This document shows, piece after piece, positions 45,901-57,672 of a stretch of 64,000 nt of DNA. The DNA is taken from contig QPMI01000192.1 of NCBI GenBank assembly GCA_004431415.1, positions 62,001 to 126,000 on the forward strand, given 5' to 3'. Both the position numbers and the translations under genes were made by a program. The stretch comes from Cyanophora paradoxa CCMP329 (Eukaryota; Plantae; Glaucophyta). The notes beneath the pieces are model-generated. The model worked only from the letters and a program-made list of their open reading frames with translations. It searched no databases and was not told where the DNA came from. Numbering within the stretch: the stretch's first letter is position 1; each line of letters opens with the position of its first letter.

Positions 45901-48900
45901 GACAAGGCGACCCCAGCGGGTCTCGAGCTCCGTCGCCTCGGCGCGCCCGACGATGACCCCGCCGCTCATCACGTAGAGGTCGCACTTGACGATAGGCGGC
46001 CAGGCGAGCTCCTGCTGCATCATAATCTGCGTGCAGCGGAATGCAGGCGCGAGAATCAGGAAGCGTTACACAACAAGTGAATTCCAAATTTTATCCACGA
46101 ACCTGGACCAGGAGCGAGTTCGCCGAGTAGTACATGAGCTTCGGCGGCGGCGGGGGAAGCGGCGGTGCCGGAGGGACGGGCCCCGTCTGGAACTGCAGCT
46201 CGGTCTGTGCGACGACTTTGACCTCCGGCCCGTCGTTCATGTTGATGAAGACGGTGCAGTTGAACTGAGAGTTCGGCGGCAGAGCCGCCTTCTTGACCGG
46301 GATCGGCACGACCTTGCGCGGCGGGAGAAGGAACGGGCTGGGCCCGAAGACTTGCGTCGACGGAGGGAGCTGAATGCCCTCGGGCTGCAGAGAGCGAGAG
46401 ACTTAGCTCATTCGCATCTCTCACGTACACATAGCAGTCGGTCCGCGCACGAGTGACGCGGCGGAGCAGGTCGCGTTCAGGTAGATGAAGCCCGTCCACG
46501 TGGCGGCGTTCACGACGTTGAGTTCGATTGTTGCCTGCATTCTCATTCATTGCAGTTATTGCAACAAACGATGCGCCTTATGCGCGAGCACCTCGTAGCG
46601 CTGCACATCCACTTTGGTGCTCTCGATCAGAGGCGGCTTGCAGGAGAAGGAAGCCATGGGGGAGAGAATGCCGCTGCGCCCGTTGCCCGCGTGGTCCTCC
46701 GCGGTGACTAGGGCCTGAGCGCCAACAAAAGAATGTGAGGGAACATTTTTACAGGCTGCGCCCGCCGCGCATTGTCATTTACATCGGGCTCGTTGAGACG
46801 GTACCAGAGGAGCAGCGGGCTCGTGTCCGGGATCCTGAAGCGCGGCCCGCGCAGGAAGAGCTGCGTCGCGTTCGACGACATGTCCTCGCTCCACATCCGG
46901 AACTGTGAAAGAATACATTTATCGAATAAAGGCTGAAGCCCGTCGCGGCGGATCCGAACCTCAGAAAAGAGCGTGTTTGACAGAAGTGCCTCGCCCCCGT
47001 AGTTATTGCCCCCGAGGTATCCGCGGGTGCCCCTGGCTAGGGCGGCGGGCAGCGCCCTCATGTCCTGCGTCTTCTCGTCGAAGAGGACGCCGTCGACGAA
47101 GCCGCGGACAGTGGCGAGGGTCTGGTCCAGCCCCGAGATCGCGATGTGCACGTGGTTCCATTCCGAGAGCTGCGAGATCGAATGGCATTAAACATTGGAA
47201 TTGAGCTCCGAATTCGAAGTGCTGCGAAATTGAGGGGAGAAGGTCATCCTACCTTAACAGTTTTTGTGCTGTTCTCGAAGAGGGTGACCGCCTGCCTGGC
47301 GCCTTGGCTATCGAGCGCTCCGATTGTGATAGCGAGAGCATTCGATAGGTCGAGGAACTCGGCGAAGACCACATCAGTCGAATTGCTATCCGCGCCGATC
47401 TCGAGCAGGCGTGTGCCGTTTGCGGGTGCGTTGATGGGCACAATCCAGAAGTCGAGCGAGAGTGCGGTCACGAGCGGCCACGTTGTGTTCGAATTCATGT
47501 TAATGCTGATCTCACCCGGAGGCTCGAGCTCTGAGAACTTCATTCCTGCGGGTACGCGGATACGTAGTCGCGGTGAGCCACATTCACGTTTCGAGCTCGC
47601 TTTTGCAATACCACTTCGAACTCGACGCACCGCAAACCGGCGGCTGCTTCCCTTCGACAGGCCCCGAGTCTCCACCTCCCGTGCTCGTTCCGTCATCGGT
47701 CGGGCCGGTCGGGGCTGCGGGGTCCTCCGCCGCCGCCGGCGGTGCTCCTGCCTCGGGAATACTGCCCTCCTCGTAGAAGGGGACATAAAAGTCGGCGGGG
47801 CCGCTGCTGAGCTCTGCATCGAAATCCAGCGCGACATCTATGTTGAGGCTGCTGACTTCCGCCTTGCAGCTGTAGTTGGTCGCCATCGACAAGTTCTGCA
47901 GGGTGAAGACGAATGACTTTTGCTGGCCCTCGATGATGCCGAAGGCTTGCTGAGCTTCGGTGACCCCAGAGGCGTCCGCCGTGCCATTGAGCGTGCACTT
48001 CACGCGGACGGAGACGTTCCTCCCGCCGCCCCACACGGCCAGGTTTTTGATCTGCAGCCCCTCGTCAAACGAGAAATATACAACGAGTGTGGTCGCCGTT
48101 GAAGAAACACTGTTCACCGTCACCGGAAAGTAAGAGGTGAGACCAGTTGCTTGCGCCGTGATGTTCGCTGTTCGTACGCACACGGTTATATATGTGTGTT
48201 GTTATTCGAGTCATTTGGAAAATAGCTTACCTGCGAACCAAGCGCACTTCTCCACGACAATGTTGCGGGTAGCGTTGCCGGAAACAGCACTGCATCCGAA
48301 TGCCGGCCGGCTTGAACCAGTCCCTTCCGGGCTCAGCGTTTGAGCCTTTCCGTTCAACAAAGTTCCGCTGTAGTCTTTAGCGACAGCTGTAGCGCTCTGC
48401 CAAAGAAGATCAGAAGAGCGATACTTTTAGAAGGACTGGTTTCATTCTTCAAATACATTTATTTCGTTGTTCTTGAAGTACCTGCGGGCGCAATTGTCAG
48501 CATTCATGAAGAAAGCTATAGCTAGTAACTATAAGGGCTCACATGTACATGCGATACTTCCTGCATGGATCCAACCGATTCAGGACCGAGCGAATCTGGC
48601 TTCAGAACGAAGCACGCAAAAACGGGTTCTGCAATGGAACAGCGCACAGGAGCATGCGGCACGAGATGCGGTTCATGTACAAGTCCTGGATCTCCGCCTG
48701 TGTAAGCGCTTGCTTCCAAGCTTTGAACCTGCGCACGCGCCAGTGACATTAATGATACTTGCAATTTGTCAAAGCAAAACATACACCAACAGGATCCCGG
48801 GCGTGAACGGCTGAGATAAGCGCATTCGTATACGCACTCAGAAATCACGACTCCCTTGGGCTGCTCCCAAGGAACATCGGCCTCGCCGATCTTTGCCGTC

Positions 48901-51900
48901 GCCCTCGCGTAGCCGGACCGCATCGGAGTCATTTTGTTCAACGGGTCGCCCACCACAGGACGGGGTCCAATGGAAGCGGCGTCGTTCGGGCCACTAACAG
49001 TCATTCGGGCTCCGTTACGATAGCAGGCGAGAGATGCTACGTTTCCAGAGGTCGTCTGGCCGATGACAACCGCCTGTAACGTTAACCGCGACGAGCCTGA
49101 TCAGTATGCGCAGCACCGCAGTGCAAATTGCGAGAATTCTGGAAAATTGCACGAACGCACGTAATGAATCTACGCATGCCGCGCAACCCACATCACAACA
49201 TGTCAGCAGAGCAGACTTAGCATGGTATTATGAGTAGCGCTTAAGGGCAAATTGCGCATGCGCACCCAAGTATTTGGCTAAGTATGAGAGAAGCGCAACG
49301 AAAGATCATGCGCAGTGGAATATGAGCATTATGCAAAATGGGCTAGTTGTTCAAATGCGCGAGCACCGGGAGAAGGCCTAGCCCATTTCCAACGGAGTCG
49401 ATTGTTTCGCAGCTTCTGTAAAATTCAGCGCCGTACCCCATCTGGACTTGCAATGTCCTGAACGAGCCCGAGGAGGTTGGCTTCATCCAGAACCTGAGCA
49501 CACGGATTGTGATTAGCGCGCGCTCGAGGAAAGCACCAATCCCGCGCATGAGCACCAGATCTTGAAGGCGGTCCCCGCGACCGAGGGGTTCCACTGACTG
49601 AAGATGGGCCATGGAAAGAGTTGGCCTTGGGTGTTATCCACCCCGTCAACTGGGTTGACGCGATGCACCCTTCCAGTGATTGTTAGGAGGAGGGGCAATG
49701 CCAAGGGGGAGCATCAAGAGGACGACGCGCCAGAATTCAATGGTCACGGGGTTCACAAAAGTCGAGCTGTAGGCGAAGTTTGTTATTGATGCGCCTTCTA
49801 GTGCCGCAGCGCCGAACGCGGAGCTCCGGAATCGGAGCCCTGCGCCAGAACAGCCGAGGAATTTGAGCTTCTATATATACACTATATATTGTGAGAGAGT
49901 CGCGATTGCGCACCGCAGGGTGCGCTCTTGTGCGCGGGTACGCGGATTGTCGGGGTCGGGGTCGACGACTTCAAAACAGTGTTACCTCGCCCTATCTTTG
50001 CGCTGCAGTTGTAGCCCTCGCTAGCGACCATTCTGAGGTGCAGTTGCGGCGCGCGCGTCGGATGCCGGCGAGTGCGGATCGAAAGCTTGGGCCGCGGGGG
50101 CTCACTGGTCTGCCTCGGTAATGGTGACCTTCGCCTCGCCGCCGCTGGCAGCGACGTAGGCGACCTTCACGTTTCCATACGCCATCGTGTTGAAATTGTT
50201 GCCCGTGGTGCCGACGCGCACGCAGTCGACCCACACCGAGACGGCGGCGTCGGAGGCCCCAGTATTCTTGACGGTGATCTCGAAGTGGGCGGTTTTCGCA
50301 ACAAGCCGGTACGAGTCGATCACGACGTCGAGGCCCAGGCTTCCCGTCGGGAAGCAATTCGCGACGGACACTGCCGCCCGAGTACCCGCCGAACATGAAC
50401 CCACGGGGGGCTCATCGTAAGAAAGGGCGGGAACGACCATCTGCAGGCCGCTCCCGCTCGAGTCTGCAAAAGACGTAGCGGTCTGAAGGCCCGGCGCCCC
50501 CCAAGCCGGAAGATAATGAATATCTCTGATCGTGAAGCGGGGCAGAACATATATATAAAAAACTCGAACGCACGTTGATTTCGTTGAACTTCGGGTGCGA
50601 ACATCGCAACGTGAGCGGGGGCCGTATGCGTGAGGGCGCGCGTGCTGGGAGCACTGCGAGCGCAGACACACCTTCCAATAACTGACGAGAAAACCAATCA
50701 GCTCAAGGACGTAAACAGGAATTCGATATCGCGGGCGCACTGGTAGAGCTCATGCTTCCTGAAGTAGTCGCAGGAGAATGCATTGTTGTACAGGTCCCCG
50801 ACTTCTGCTGCGGTGAGGGCTGCTGCCCACATGCGGATCTCGGCAAGGTCCGTGTTCACGAGGCTGAAGTCGGCTCGGTAGATGGCCGTGAGGGACGCTG
50901 CTAGTATCTGTGAAGTGGCCGCAGAGTTTAGCGGTCGTCTGGCGGTCGATGTCGAGCGGCAGCGGCCGGTACTCACGGGGTTGGCCGTGGGGCGGTCGCG
51001 GAAGGTTTCGCCGATGAGCCCCGCTCGAATCCCGAACCGGTCGGAGTATGTTCTGTCCGAGCCCGTGCCCGTGACATGCAAGTAGTATCGGTCGATGTTA
51101 GTTGTCGACCAGAGCGGGGGCTGTGCGTCATTGCGTGGATTAATGCAGATCGATATTGATACATGTGCACTGCAAATGGACGTGATGACTGCATTCACCA
51201 ATTTGTGTCTCGTATTGGGATCGCTAAGAAACGATCCCCGCGCCGAAAAGCCTCCGGCAACGCCATTCCTAGGCGAGCCAAAAAGTCAGTTACAGTCGGG
51301 CTGGAGTAATACCTGAGCCCAGATCCGCAACGAAGCGCGAGCGCGCCTGTACCAACGGACTTGCGCCTGGTTGCTCGCATCGGTTGCCTCTATCACTATA
51401 GCCTGTTCTCGACGTTAGCACGGGCGCACACGTAGTCAACTATATATAGCTAGTGACAGTGCACTTACCACATGGTACTGCGCCGTCATGAAAAATCATA
51501 TGCATGCCAGGAATAAGCGGTCAATTGCAAGCGATCGATGAAGTCAAAGATTATATAATTAGTTGTAGAATTAATATTGCATTGAACGCACCCAGCTACC
51601 ATCCCGCTATAATACACGGATAGAGATGCATAGGGTGTTAGAATCAGTCAAAGCAAAAATGCAAATTGAGATCTTGATGTGATGACGAAGCGCACCGGGA
51701 TCGCATCGCTTGCAACGCCACCGTACAGAGTAACAGACCCGCGCGCTGTGCTTGCAAGACTTCCGTACTGTTCTCGTAGGCGATCGTGATCGCGCGTTAA
51801 TTTGATCAGGCTCTCTGTTCTCGCATATGCATGTGCATGCGCTCTCGACGGACCGTCATGTTAACATTCAAAAAGTTTCGGTTAACGTTGTTGTGCCGAT

Positions 51901-52730
51901 CGTAGCCGAATGACTGTGAGTGCGCGCGAGGACGGATATCGATCAGACGCGATGGCCTGAGATCGGCCGAAAACGGCGCCTACCACGGAGAACTCATCGT
52001 CCTACGCCCAATGGGCCGCAAGTCAGAGCTGAAAAGCCGCTTTGCAGGGGGCGCCGACCTCGTCATTGCCGAACGCGATGATTCCCGATGGATTTACCAT
52101 GTAATCGCCCGTCCCGAGATTGCTCTTTATCCTGCATGCGCAGGCCCATCAGCAGCTTCAGCATTGAGGAATGATCAGACCTGGAATACAATAGCGAGAC
52201 CTCACCAGAATTCCTAAGTCACCAACCACGTGCGTATGAAGGAGAGATTTCAGAAGCGTTTTTTAAGCACGAGAACAAACGGAAATACGCACCAACGTCA
52301 TGGGATTCGTGTAGCGGATCTGAAAAAGGCCGCAGCCGGCGTTATCGTTGGCTTCGATGACCGTTAACAAATGCCGCGATCGCGACGCACCTTGGGGTAA
52401 GAGTTGACGAGAGCCACTCTTGCTGTTTCAGAAGAAGCCAACTCCGACGGTCGCAGCAGGCGCATTGTGGTGTACTTGTCGAAGCCAAAAGCCGACCCCG
52501 GCGCCGTTCTCCCGAATTTGAGACCTGTCGCGCGCTCAATCCAAGACGATGAGGGGATGCATATGCACATATTCTATCGATCAGGGTCGTCGATCATGGC
52601 CGGCTTCAAGCTCACCGCATGTCGGCGGAGCCTGGGCGCTGGCGCTCCGCACGGCGGCGAGCAGCACAATGGCAAGAAGCACGATGCTGCAGCTGAACCC
52701 TGCAGCTGCTGCTGCGCGCGTCGGCCCCAT
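39992..52730 (-). CDS. Large type-I membrane/surface protein with LamG (concanavalin-like) and multiple FN3 domains, many exons
   Basis: Signal peptide MGPTRAAAAAGFSCSIVLLAIVLLAAVRSASA at 52730. LamG motifs WNHVHI..GFVDG, FRMWS, LLWYRLNE, DLAEIRMWAAALTAAEV. FN3 motifs LLPGTTYTLEVACSN, LKPDTAYSVRAAC, LTSLTTYRFVATCSN. TM GLGLGLGAVLLIVGGLWGWNYY near the C-terminus. May be more than one gene. Confidence 0.65.
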
Positions 52731-53866
52731 ATGCAATGCGTTCGAGCAATTGCAAGTTAAGCTGAAGGATGTGTATCAACCCGAGATTTAGACCCGGAAA
52801 GTCGACCCGCGGCCGTGTCCTGCAGTAGACGCTGAACGTTAATTGCAACTGCACATTGAGTACTAGTGCATGCGCACACGCTCCGATATCGAATCTCGAA
52901 AACTCGTCATGATCACACACACCTGGCTGCGACCGTACGTACTACGGTATACGTACACGCGCGCGTCAGCCCCGACACGCCGCACGCGTACGATGCTCGG
53001 CCCTTGCAGCTGCAGCGCGAGCTGCGGAGCAGTAGCAGCCGCTGAGCCCACCGTGGCACTAGCAGGGACTAAATAATGATAGCTAAGGCCTAATTCAATC
53101 ATTATGTTAGCCCCTTATATAATTACGTATACACTGTGACAGTACTGTAGACCGTCGACGTCGGACAGTAGTACTGTACTACGCGTAGAATACTATATAT
53201 AGGCTATAATATAGCTAGTACCGTGGTACTACGGTAGTACGTCCAGAGACTCCATCCCTAGAACTTTAATTTTGACGACTGGCAAATTGGACGTCGACTC
53301 CGGCGGGCGCATGTCCGCCGTTGTCAGTGACTTGCTACTGTCCGGAGTCCAGCCTTTTTATTATCCACTGGCCAGGTTCCGAAAAGTTCCGGAACGTTTA
53401 CTCTTACTAGTTAATTAGGGCACTGGCCGGGCCCGGCGGGGGGTCTCGCATCGCCGAGAGTCGGCCGGCGGCCCAGCCCAAGCCGCCGAAGTTCGGCCGC
53501 TGGCCCGGGCCCCGGGGTTCCGGGCTGGCCGCCACGCGCCAGCCTCCAGGCTCCAGCCAAAACTTGGCCAGCCGCCTCCAGCTGTCACAGTGCTGTGATC
53601 CGATGATCGTGTACATGAACACACCGACTAAGTCGAGGCCCTGAGGCTCGACGAGCCGGCTCGCGCTCGCGGCTCGAGAGTCGAGACTCGTGTCACAGAC
53701 TCACAGTGTACCGGTATACCCCGGCCCTTGACTGCATCTGCTTCGACTTCCAAGTTACGCGATTGGCTGCGCGACGGCAGCGCAATTTGAATTGGCTAGC
53801 CGTTAGGCTGCTGCATCATGGACTGCGAACCGAAGCTAGGTGCCTAGGTTCAGATGGCTCGCATGC

Positions 53867-54315
53867 AGGTCACCCCCACCAATTGCGCGCCCTCATCTTT
53901 CCTTCCCCACTACCATTCTCAGTAAGCCCATTATCCATTTTCAAATTTCTCAGTAAGGCTCAGTAACAAATTATAAATTAGCACTGTATTTTTCAAACAT
54001 CTAACCCTTCCTTACTGAAACCAATCGCGAAACCCTTTCATTCTTCATTTTTCTAATCTCTTACCATTCCCAGTAAGCCCTTAAACCCTCCCTCGATTTC
54101 TCAGTAAGGACAGTAAGACCCCTATTTTTACGAAATGTTCCCGATCGTTTCCAAACTGTTTTCAGTTAACAAATTGAAAAATAAAGGTGACCCCCACCGA
54201 TAGCCTTAATTCGGGTTAATAAAATACGAAATCAAGGTGAACCCCACCGATAGAGTATGATGAGTGCGCAAGTTTGTCCTGCCGAAAATGCCCACCTGCA
54301 CAAACTTGCGCACTC
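53867..54315. repeat. Terminal-region repeats of the element: AGGT.ACCCCCACC x3, a 151-bp-period direct repeat and a 16-bp inverted repeat
   Basis: Motif at 53867, 54185, 54235. TACCATTC.CAGTAAGCCC at 53911/54062. ATTTCTCAGTAAGG at 53945/54096. GAGTGCGCAAGTTTGT 54262-54277 pairs with 54300-54315. Confidence 0.8.
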
Positions 54316-54661
54316 CACAGACGATAGACCACGTTAAAATAAACTCGCGCCCCGCCCACTATGCAAGATACATGCAAACAACATGCGAGTTCTATGAAAA
54401 ATAAACAATTCAGTCATGTATATATTTCGTATATATGTCTGAACCTCCGTGTGTGTGATCCCGCACAGCTTTCACTTTTTGTTTTTTCTTTTTTCCCGCA
54501 AATTCCGACATATACATATATACAGACCGGCGTCACCGACACATATTCGGGGTCATCACATCGCGGCGATTCCGAAAACATATATAGGATGCCACAAAGT
54601 AGTATTTTTACTTTCCTGACCAATCAGAACCGATTGCAAGTGAAAATCCTCATTGATACTG

Positions 54662-54790
54662 TTTTGTGGACACCGGGGATACCCATTTTGTGGACACCGG
54701 GGATACCCATTTTGTGGACACCGGGGATACCCATTTTGTGGTCATTTTGTGGACACCGGGGATACTCATTTTGTGGACACCGGGGATACC
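54662..54790. repeat. 24-bp tandem repeat TTTTGTGGACACCGGGGATACCCA x5
   Basis: Three exact copies, an 11-nt partial, then two more copies. No unique spacers. Confidence 0.95.
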
Positions 54791-55022
54791 GGAAAGGAGA
54801 AAACGCCATACAAACCGTTCAGCGCTTGTCTCTCTTCACCAGGTCATCACCTTGCAAAACTGAAAATAGCGCCGTGACCGTCTTGACGAGGCTAGCACGT
54901 CCATATAAGTGTCATAGGCTCAATAAATTATGTGTAAAAGCATTTTTTATGAAAAATGCGATCCTCACGGCGACTTGGCAAGGGAACCGGCTACTAATAG
55001 ACCTTAGTAAAGCGCCATTGTA

Positions 55023-55058
55023 GCTGAACCTTGTAGTAGGGCTGAACCTTATAGTAGG
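55023..55058. repeat. 18-bp tandem duplication GCTGAACCTTRTAGTAGG
   Basis: Two adjacent copies with one mismatch. Confidence 0.8.
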
Positions 55059-55498
55059 TCTGTTATACCTTGCAAATTCTCAGTTAGAAGCATAATATCC
55101 GCCGGCAAATATTTACCATAACATCGCGATCGCGAATTCGCGGAGACCCCCTTCCGTTTTCCGGGCATAACTTTGGACAGGAAGCCGATCTCGGCGCGTT
55201 CTTAAATGCTACGTGCTCACACCTTGATTCCGGGCATGATGGTTATGCTTTGACTAGCTAAGCCTACCGTGGAGCAAAGACCGACCTCGATTTCTGCACA
55301 AGTGCCCGAAAACGGAGGTGTCCGCTACATTCTGAGCGCCGGCGCGCGTTCCCGGAGGGCTCCACTAGTCATACTTTGCATCTGTATGCGTATAGAGTAG
55401 TTCTACACTACTACAAAGCGGCGCGGTCTGATTCGCAAAGGGCGCGATTTGGCGGCTACGAAACCACATAGCTCACAAAAATATCGACTTAAATAATA

Positions 55499-55891
55499 AT
55501 GGATTCCCGATACCGCGGCTACCACGTTATGCTCGACTATATAACCGACCCGTTTACTGAGTCCCCGGAGGCATGCGCCGAGTGGATCACAGCGAACCTA
55601 TCGCAATATATAACAGATCGCAAGATGCGCATCGTGCACCAGCACACATGCATTTTCGATGGCTCTATTTCCCCTCCCGGTTTCGCGATTGGCTTTCTAT
55701 TAGATGAGTCGCATGCCACAGCTCACTCTTATAGCGACCAGGGGCTATTAGCGATCGATATCTTTACATGCGGCTCAAATGCCGAAGCGAAGACAATGGG
55801 TATAGCACAGGACATTAACGATCTCATACAGGAAAGGCTGAAAGTGCGAAAGTGGGACTTACAGGTCGAGCAAAGGTTCCCAATTTCATAA
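55499..55891 (+). CDS. speD: Pyruvoyl-dependent S-adenosylmethionine decarboxylase proenzyme, short prokaryote-type
   Basis: 130 aa; GYHVMLD, autocleavage motif LLDESH, AHSYSDQG, IDIFTCG. Confidence 0.88.
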   Translation: MDSRYRGYHVMLDYITDPFTESPEACAEWITANLSQYITDRKMRIVHQHTCIFDGSISPPGFAIGFLLDESHATAHSYSDQGLLAIDIFTCGSNAEAKTMGIAQDINDLIQERLKVRKWDLQVEQRFPIS

Positions 55892-55916
55892 AAAATGAAA
55901 AAAACGACAGATATAT

Positions 55917-56231
55917 TTAATGCTCCTTGATCGGAAACTTGCCCATTAGCGGGTGATCGAGACCCATGACATACCAGGATTTCATAACGGGATCCCAGCG
56001 GGCTTTCTCAGCCTTCGCTTGATCCTTAAATTCATAAGGAATATCGAGGTAAACCTTCACGTTTCTTTGATACACTTGCTCATAGCTTAGAGTTTTGAAC
56101 TGAGAGCATAGGGGGTGATCTTTCTTTATGACATACCAGCATGAATTCTCACGATCCCACTTTCCACCGAGGGATTTCGCAACGTCTTTTTTATCAAACG
56201 GAATATCAACATAATACTTTTCACCCTCCAT
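55917..56231 (-). CDS. Tandem DUF5710-domain protein
   Basis: Two repeats of Y.DIP(F/Y)..KD.AK..(G/K).(K/R)WD.....WYV. Confidence 0.85.
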   Translation of the reverse strand: MEGEKYYVDIPFDKKDVAKSLGGKWDRENSCWYVIKKDHPLCSQFKTLSYEQVYQRNVKVYLDIPYEFKDQAKAEKARWDPVMKSWYVMGLDHPLMGKFPIKEH

Positions 56232-56244
56232 CTCTTTTATATTT

Positions 56245-56264
56245 ACCGGAGAAAATAATTTCGG
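56245..56264 (-). promoter_or_regulatory. Conserved viral promoter motif CCGAAATTATTTTCTCCGGT
   Basis: 20-mer identical to 62005-62024; ends 13 nt before the DUF5710 ATG. Confidence 0.75.
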
Positions 56265-56270
56265 GGTTTG

Positions 56271-57653
56271 TTATGAACGAGATGACCGAAGAATGCGCGT
56301 AGTAGGGGCTGTATAGCTTGCGCTCTGATTCTTGAATGATTTATACCACCGCTGACTGTTTACCTCTGAGAGCTTCTCAGTGCCGGCAATCGTTAATTTC
56401 GCGAGCTCTCTAAGCGCCCTCTTAGTCTTCTCCGCGCGATCTTCCAATAGAGCGCCTTTCGGAACACTTGCGGCGACATCTATGCCTTCTTTTTGAACCT
56501 GCCGAATAGAGGCTGCCTCTATCTCGGCTGCTTTAATTGCATTTTCTGCGGGCTCGACCACTGCCTCGACCTCTGTAATAATCTGCAATTCGTGCGGCTT
56601 AAATAGCTTCGGCATGAGGTATCCGGCTGCATCTTGCACCTCTATCGCGTTTCCTCTCCTTCCCGCAATTTTGTAGACCTCTCGGCTATACCTTTGTGTT
56701 GCTCCTTTATCAAACTTTGATCTTGGCAATAATACACGGACATGGAGACCCGGCTTAAAGTCGCTGAATATATCCTTTACGATTGTGTTCTTCTTTGAAA
56801 TAATAGCCGCTCGGATCCGCTCCATATCAGAAAGCTTAACATCTGCGGGTTTCATTCCTATGGTTCGGTGAATCGTGTTGTTATAATTGAAAACGAAGTC
56901 GTCCAGCTTGTCCATAAATCGCACAGTGTTATAAGCGACACAGTAATTATTTATCATCGTTTTTAAGGTCAAATGAAAGCGATTCATTATTCCCAGCGAA
57001 GTGTGATCTCCGACCTGTTTAAAGCGGTGTTCTATTCCGTTATTTTTAACGACCTCTTGGAACTCCTTCGCGATGAATTCCGAACCGTTATCTGTCTCCA
57101 ATCGAATCATCGGAGCCGGGAGCTCTGTAAGCATCTCCGCAAAAGCGGCGGCAACACTTGCGCCCTCCTTATTCTTTAACTTCTTGGCATATGCTTTTCG
57201 ACTTGTCATCTCGATGAGAGTAAGGACTGCAATGTAGCCGGAATTATAGCTGCCATATGAAAGATAAAAGATGAGATCGGCTTGGTAGCACCACGGCGGG
57301 GCTGTGATGGGAATAAAAGCGGTTTGGGTCGGTGCGGGGGGCTTCTTGTTGATCTGCATAAATTCCTGTTTCGCTGCGACATCTTGCACTTCTTTCAATG
57401 TGAGGGTCTTGTCCTCTTTTCTCAGTTCTTCGTATATTGCGGATGGGTTCTTAAAACCTGTCTTCGGGTCATACATGCGGCGCACGATCTTAGAGGACGG
57501 GTTCGCAATGCTAAAAGGAACATCTCCTAATAAATTTGATTTTGCTTGGCGTTTTGTGATTTTTTGGGGGACTTGTTCAGTCTCAGGAACCGCGATAGGT
57601 AGTATGGTGGTCTCTGTCTCCTCTCCCGCTACCCTTCTGACGATCCGTGACAT
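56271..57653 (-). CDS. Retroviral-like (rve) integrase, Polinton type
   Basis: YQADL, TDNGSEF, GIMNRFHLTLK, YNNTIHRTIGMKP, FKPGLHVRV..FDKG..YSREVYKI. No C-terminal chromodomain seen. Confidence 0.92.
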   Translation of the reverse strand: MSRIVRRVAGEETETTILPIAVPETEQVPQKITKRQAKSNLLGDVPFSIANPSSKIVRRMYDPKTGFKNPSAIYEELRKEDKTLTLKEVQDVAAKQEFMQINKKPPAPTQTAFIPITAPPWCYQADLIFYLSYGSYNSGYIAVLTLIEMTSRKAYAKKLKNKEGASVAAAFAEMLTELPAPMIRLETDNGSEFIAKEFQEVVKNNGIEHRFKQVGDHTSLGIMNRFHLTLKTMINNYCVAYNTVRFMDKLDDFVFNYNNTIHRTIGMKPADVKLSDMERIRAAIISKKNTIVKDIFSDFKPGLHVRVLLPRSKFDKGATQRYSREVYKIAGRRGNAIEVQDAAGYLMPKLFKPHELQIITEVEAVVEPAENAIKAAEIEAASIRQVQKEGIDVAASVPKGALLEDRAEKTKRALRELAKLTIAGTEKLSEVNSQRWYKSFKNQSASYTAPTTRILRSSRS

Positions 57654-57672
57654 TTCTTCTAATTAAACCTGT

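Noticed and set aside
54662-54790. Possible CRISPR array
   Set aside because: The 24-bp units are directly adjacent with no unique spacers, there are no cas genes, and the context is a eukaryotic virus.
54361-55023. 220-aa ORF in the terminal region
   Set aside because: It is kept open by the 24-bp repeat, which is open in several frames, and its composition is not protein-like.
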